From positions 98,582,001 through 98,646,000 of the forward strand of contig CM059431.1 in NCBI GenBank assembly GCA_030390025.1: DNA of 64,000 nucleotides. The letters run 5' to 3'. The position numbers were made by a program, and so were the translations under genes. Below, one piece after another: positions 61,753 through 64,000 of the stretch; position 1 is the stretch's first letter; each line of letters opens with the position of its first letter. The notes below the pieces were generated by a model that did no database searches, was not told the origin of the DNA, and saw only the letters and a program-made list of their open reading frames with translations. The DNA is from Squalus acanthias. Taxonomy: Eukaryota.

Positions 61753-63237
61753 GAGAGTGTGAGTGTGTGAGTGAGTGTGAGAGTGTGAGTGCGAGAGTGT
61801 GATTGTGTGTGAGTGTGAGTGTATGTGAGTGTGAGTGTATGTGAGTGTGAGTGTATGTGAGTGTGAGAGTGAGTGTGAGTGTGTGTAAGTGTGAGTGTGT
61901 GTGAGAGTGAGTGTGAGAATGTGAATGTGTGTTAGTGTGTGTGAGTGTGAGTGTGTGTGAGTGTGAGAGTGTGTGTGAGTGTGAGTGTGAGAGTGTGTGA
62001 GTGTGTGTGTGTGAGTGTGTTTGTGAGTGTGTGAGTGTGAGAGTGAGTGTAAGTGTGAGTGAGTGTGTGTGTGTGTGTGAGTGTGTGTGTGTGAGTGTGT
62101 GTGTGAGAGTGTGTGTGTGTGTGAGTGTGTGTGTGAGAGTGTGAGAGTGTGTGAGAGTGTGAGTGTGAGTGAGAGTGTGAGTGTGAGTGTGAGTGTGAGT
62201 GTGTGTGAGTGTGTGTGTGAGTGTGTGTGTGAGTGTGTGTGTGAGTGTGAGTGTGAGTGTGTGTGTGAGTGTGTGTGAGTGTGTGTGTGAGTGTGTGTGT
62301 GAGTGTGTGTGTGAGTGTGTGTGTGAGTGTGAGTGTGAGTGTGTGTGAGTGTGTGTGAGTGTGTGTGTGAGTGAGTGTGAGTGTGTGTGAGTGTGTGAGT
62401 GTGTGTGTGAGTGTGAGAGTGTGTGAGTGTGAGTGAGTGTGAGTGAGTGTGAGTGTGTGTGTGAGTGTGTGTGTGAGTGTGAGTGTGTGTGAGTGTGTGT
62501 GTGTGTGAGTGTGTGTGTGAGAGTGTGTGTGTGTGAGTGTGAGTGTATGTGAGTGTGAGAGTGTGAGTGAGTGTGAGTGTGAGTGTGTGTGAGTGTGTGA
62601 GTATGTGAGCGAGTGTGAGAGTGTGAGTGAGTGAGAGTGTGTGTGAGTGTGAGTGAGTGAGTGCGAGTGTGAGTGAGTGTGAGTGTGTGTGTGAGTGTGA
62701 GTGAGTGCGAGTGTGTGTGTGAGAGTGTGTGAGTGTGAGTGTGTGAGTGAGTGAGCGTGAGTGAGTGTGTGTGGGTGAGTGTGAGTGTGAGTGAGTGTGA
62801 GTGTGTGAGTGAGGGTGAGTGAGTGAGTGTGTGAGTGTGTGTAAGCGTGAGTGTGTGAGTGAGCGTGTGAGTATGAGTGAGTGTGTGAGTGTGTGTGAGT
62901 GAGTGAGTGAGTGAGTGTGAGTGTGTGTGAGTGTGAGTGAGTGTGAGTGTGTGAGTGAGTGTGTGAGTATGAGTGTGAGTGAGTGTGTGAGTGAGTGTGA
63001 GTGTGTGAGAGTGTGTGAGTGTGAGTGAGTGTGTGAGTGAGTGTGAGTGTGTGAGAGTGTGTGAGTGTGAGTGTGTGTGAGTGAGTGAGAGTGTGAGTGA
63101 GTGTGAGTGTGAGTGAGTGTGTGTGAGTGTGAGTGTGTGAGTGTGAGTGTGGGTGTGAGTGTGTGTGTGTGTGTGTGAATGTGTGTGTGTGTGAATGTGT
63201 GTGAGTGTGAGTGTATGAGTGTGTGAGAGTGAGTGTG
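61753..63237. repeat. (GT)n/(GAGT)n compound microsatellite, ~1.5 kb
   Basis: Dinucleotide-based tract. Confidence 0.96.
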
Positions 63238-63283
63238 ATCTGTTTTGGTTTCCAGGTGATTAACCCTGACTAACGCTGCTCAC

Positions 63284-63398
63284 CTCGTCGACAATGGGCT
63301 TCAGCGTGACCTGCAGGTAGTGCCGCCCCGCCAGCTTCATCGTCTCATCGATGCACTTGGAGGTCAAGGAGTTCCCTCGGAAGATGGTGTTTGGATCC
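63284..63398 (-). CDS. RASA3: RASA3 exon: RasGAP domain with arginine finger ([38 protein letters not shown]); upstream exons lie outside the window
   Basis: IFRGNS motif of the GAP1 family; 115 nt, CAG/GTGAG boundaries. Confidence 0.95.
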
Positions 63399-64000
63399 CT
63401 GAAAAGGAACAAATCTGCATCACTAACGGGTTAGGCAACGCAGTGACTAAAGCTTTGCAGAAGGAGACGGTGACCGAGAGTCTGATCAGTCCACCGAGAA
63501 TCTTCCACATCTAACATCGCCTCGGAGACCACAGCTTCAGTCTCACCCCCGACACCGACATGTTCGGCTGATGTTGGCTCCTTGCTCAGCAACAAGCATC
63601 AGTTCTTTCCCACCCTACTGGACGGAACACCCCTGCCCAGGAGAACGTTCCGGTACGGTGACCAAGGGCTGGGCTAACGGAGTCCGTCTAACGTCAGTAC
63701 CGCCCCGCTCTTGATACGAAGCAACAACTCCCATTTATATAGCGTCTTTAACGTAATAAAACGTCCCGAGGTGCTTCACAGCAGCGTAATCAGACAAACT
63801 GACACCGAGCCACATAAAGAGATATTAGAACAAGTGACCAAAAGCTTGGTCAAAGAGGGAGGTTTTGAGGAGCGTCTTAAAGAGAGAGAGAGAGGCGGAG
63901 AGGTTTAGGGAGGGATTCCAGAGCTCAGGGCCCAGGCAGCTGAAGGCACGGCCGCCAATGGTGGAGCGATTATAATCAGGGATGTGCAAGAGGCCAGAAT

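Overview
Vertebrate genomic DNA, most likely a cartilaginous fish (inferred from its CR1, L2, Penelope-like and Deu-domain SINE repertoire). Two spliced genes lie on the minus strand in tandem. (1) The last 13 coding exons of RASA3 (63398 down to the stop at 35646) encode the C-terminal RasGAP, PH and Btk domains. (2) About 8 kb downstream of that stop, exons 1-11 of a vitamin K-dependent Gla-TSR-4xEGF-LamG gene (ATG at 27478) run off the left edge of the window. All exons were traced by hand with GT-AG boundaries and consistent phases. The main surprise is that the second gene sits in the position and orientation GAS6 occupies next to RASA3 in human, yet its sequence and several exon lengths are protein S (PROS1)-like, including a full 87-nt thrombin-sensitive-region exon. 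Introns are dense with CR1 and L2 LINE fragments, two SINE families, TIR-bounded MITE-like elements, Penelope-like fragments and large tandem arrays. Most long ORFs in the supplied track are repeat artefacts. Human exon sizes and residue numbers quoted for comparison are from memory and should be checked. Repeat-family names were assigned by recognition, not by database search, and repeat boundaries are approximate.
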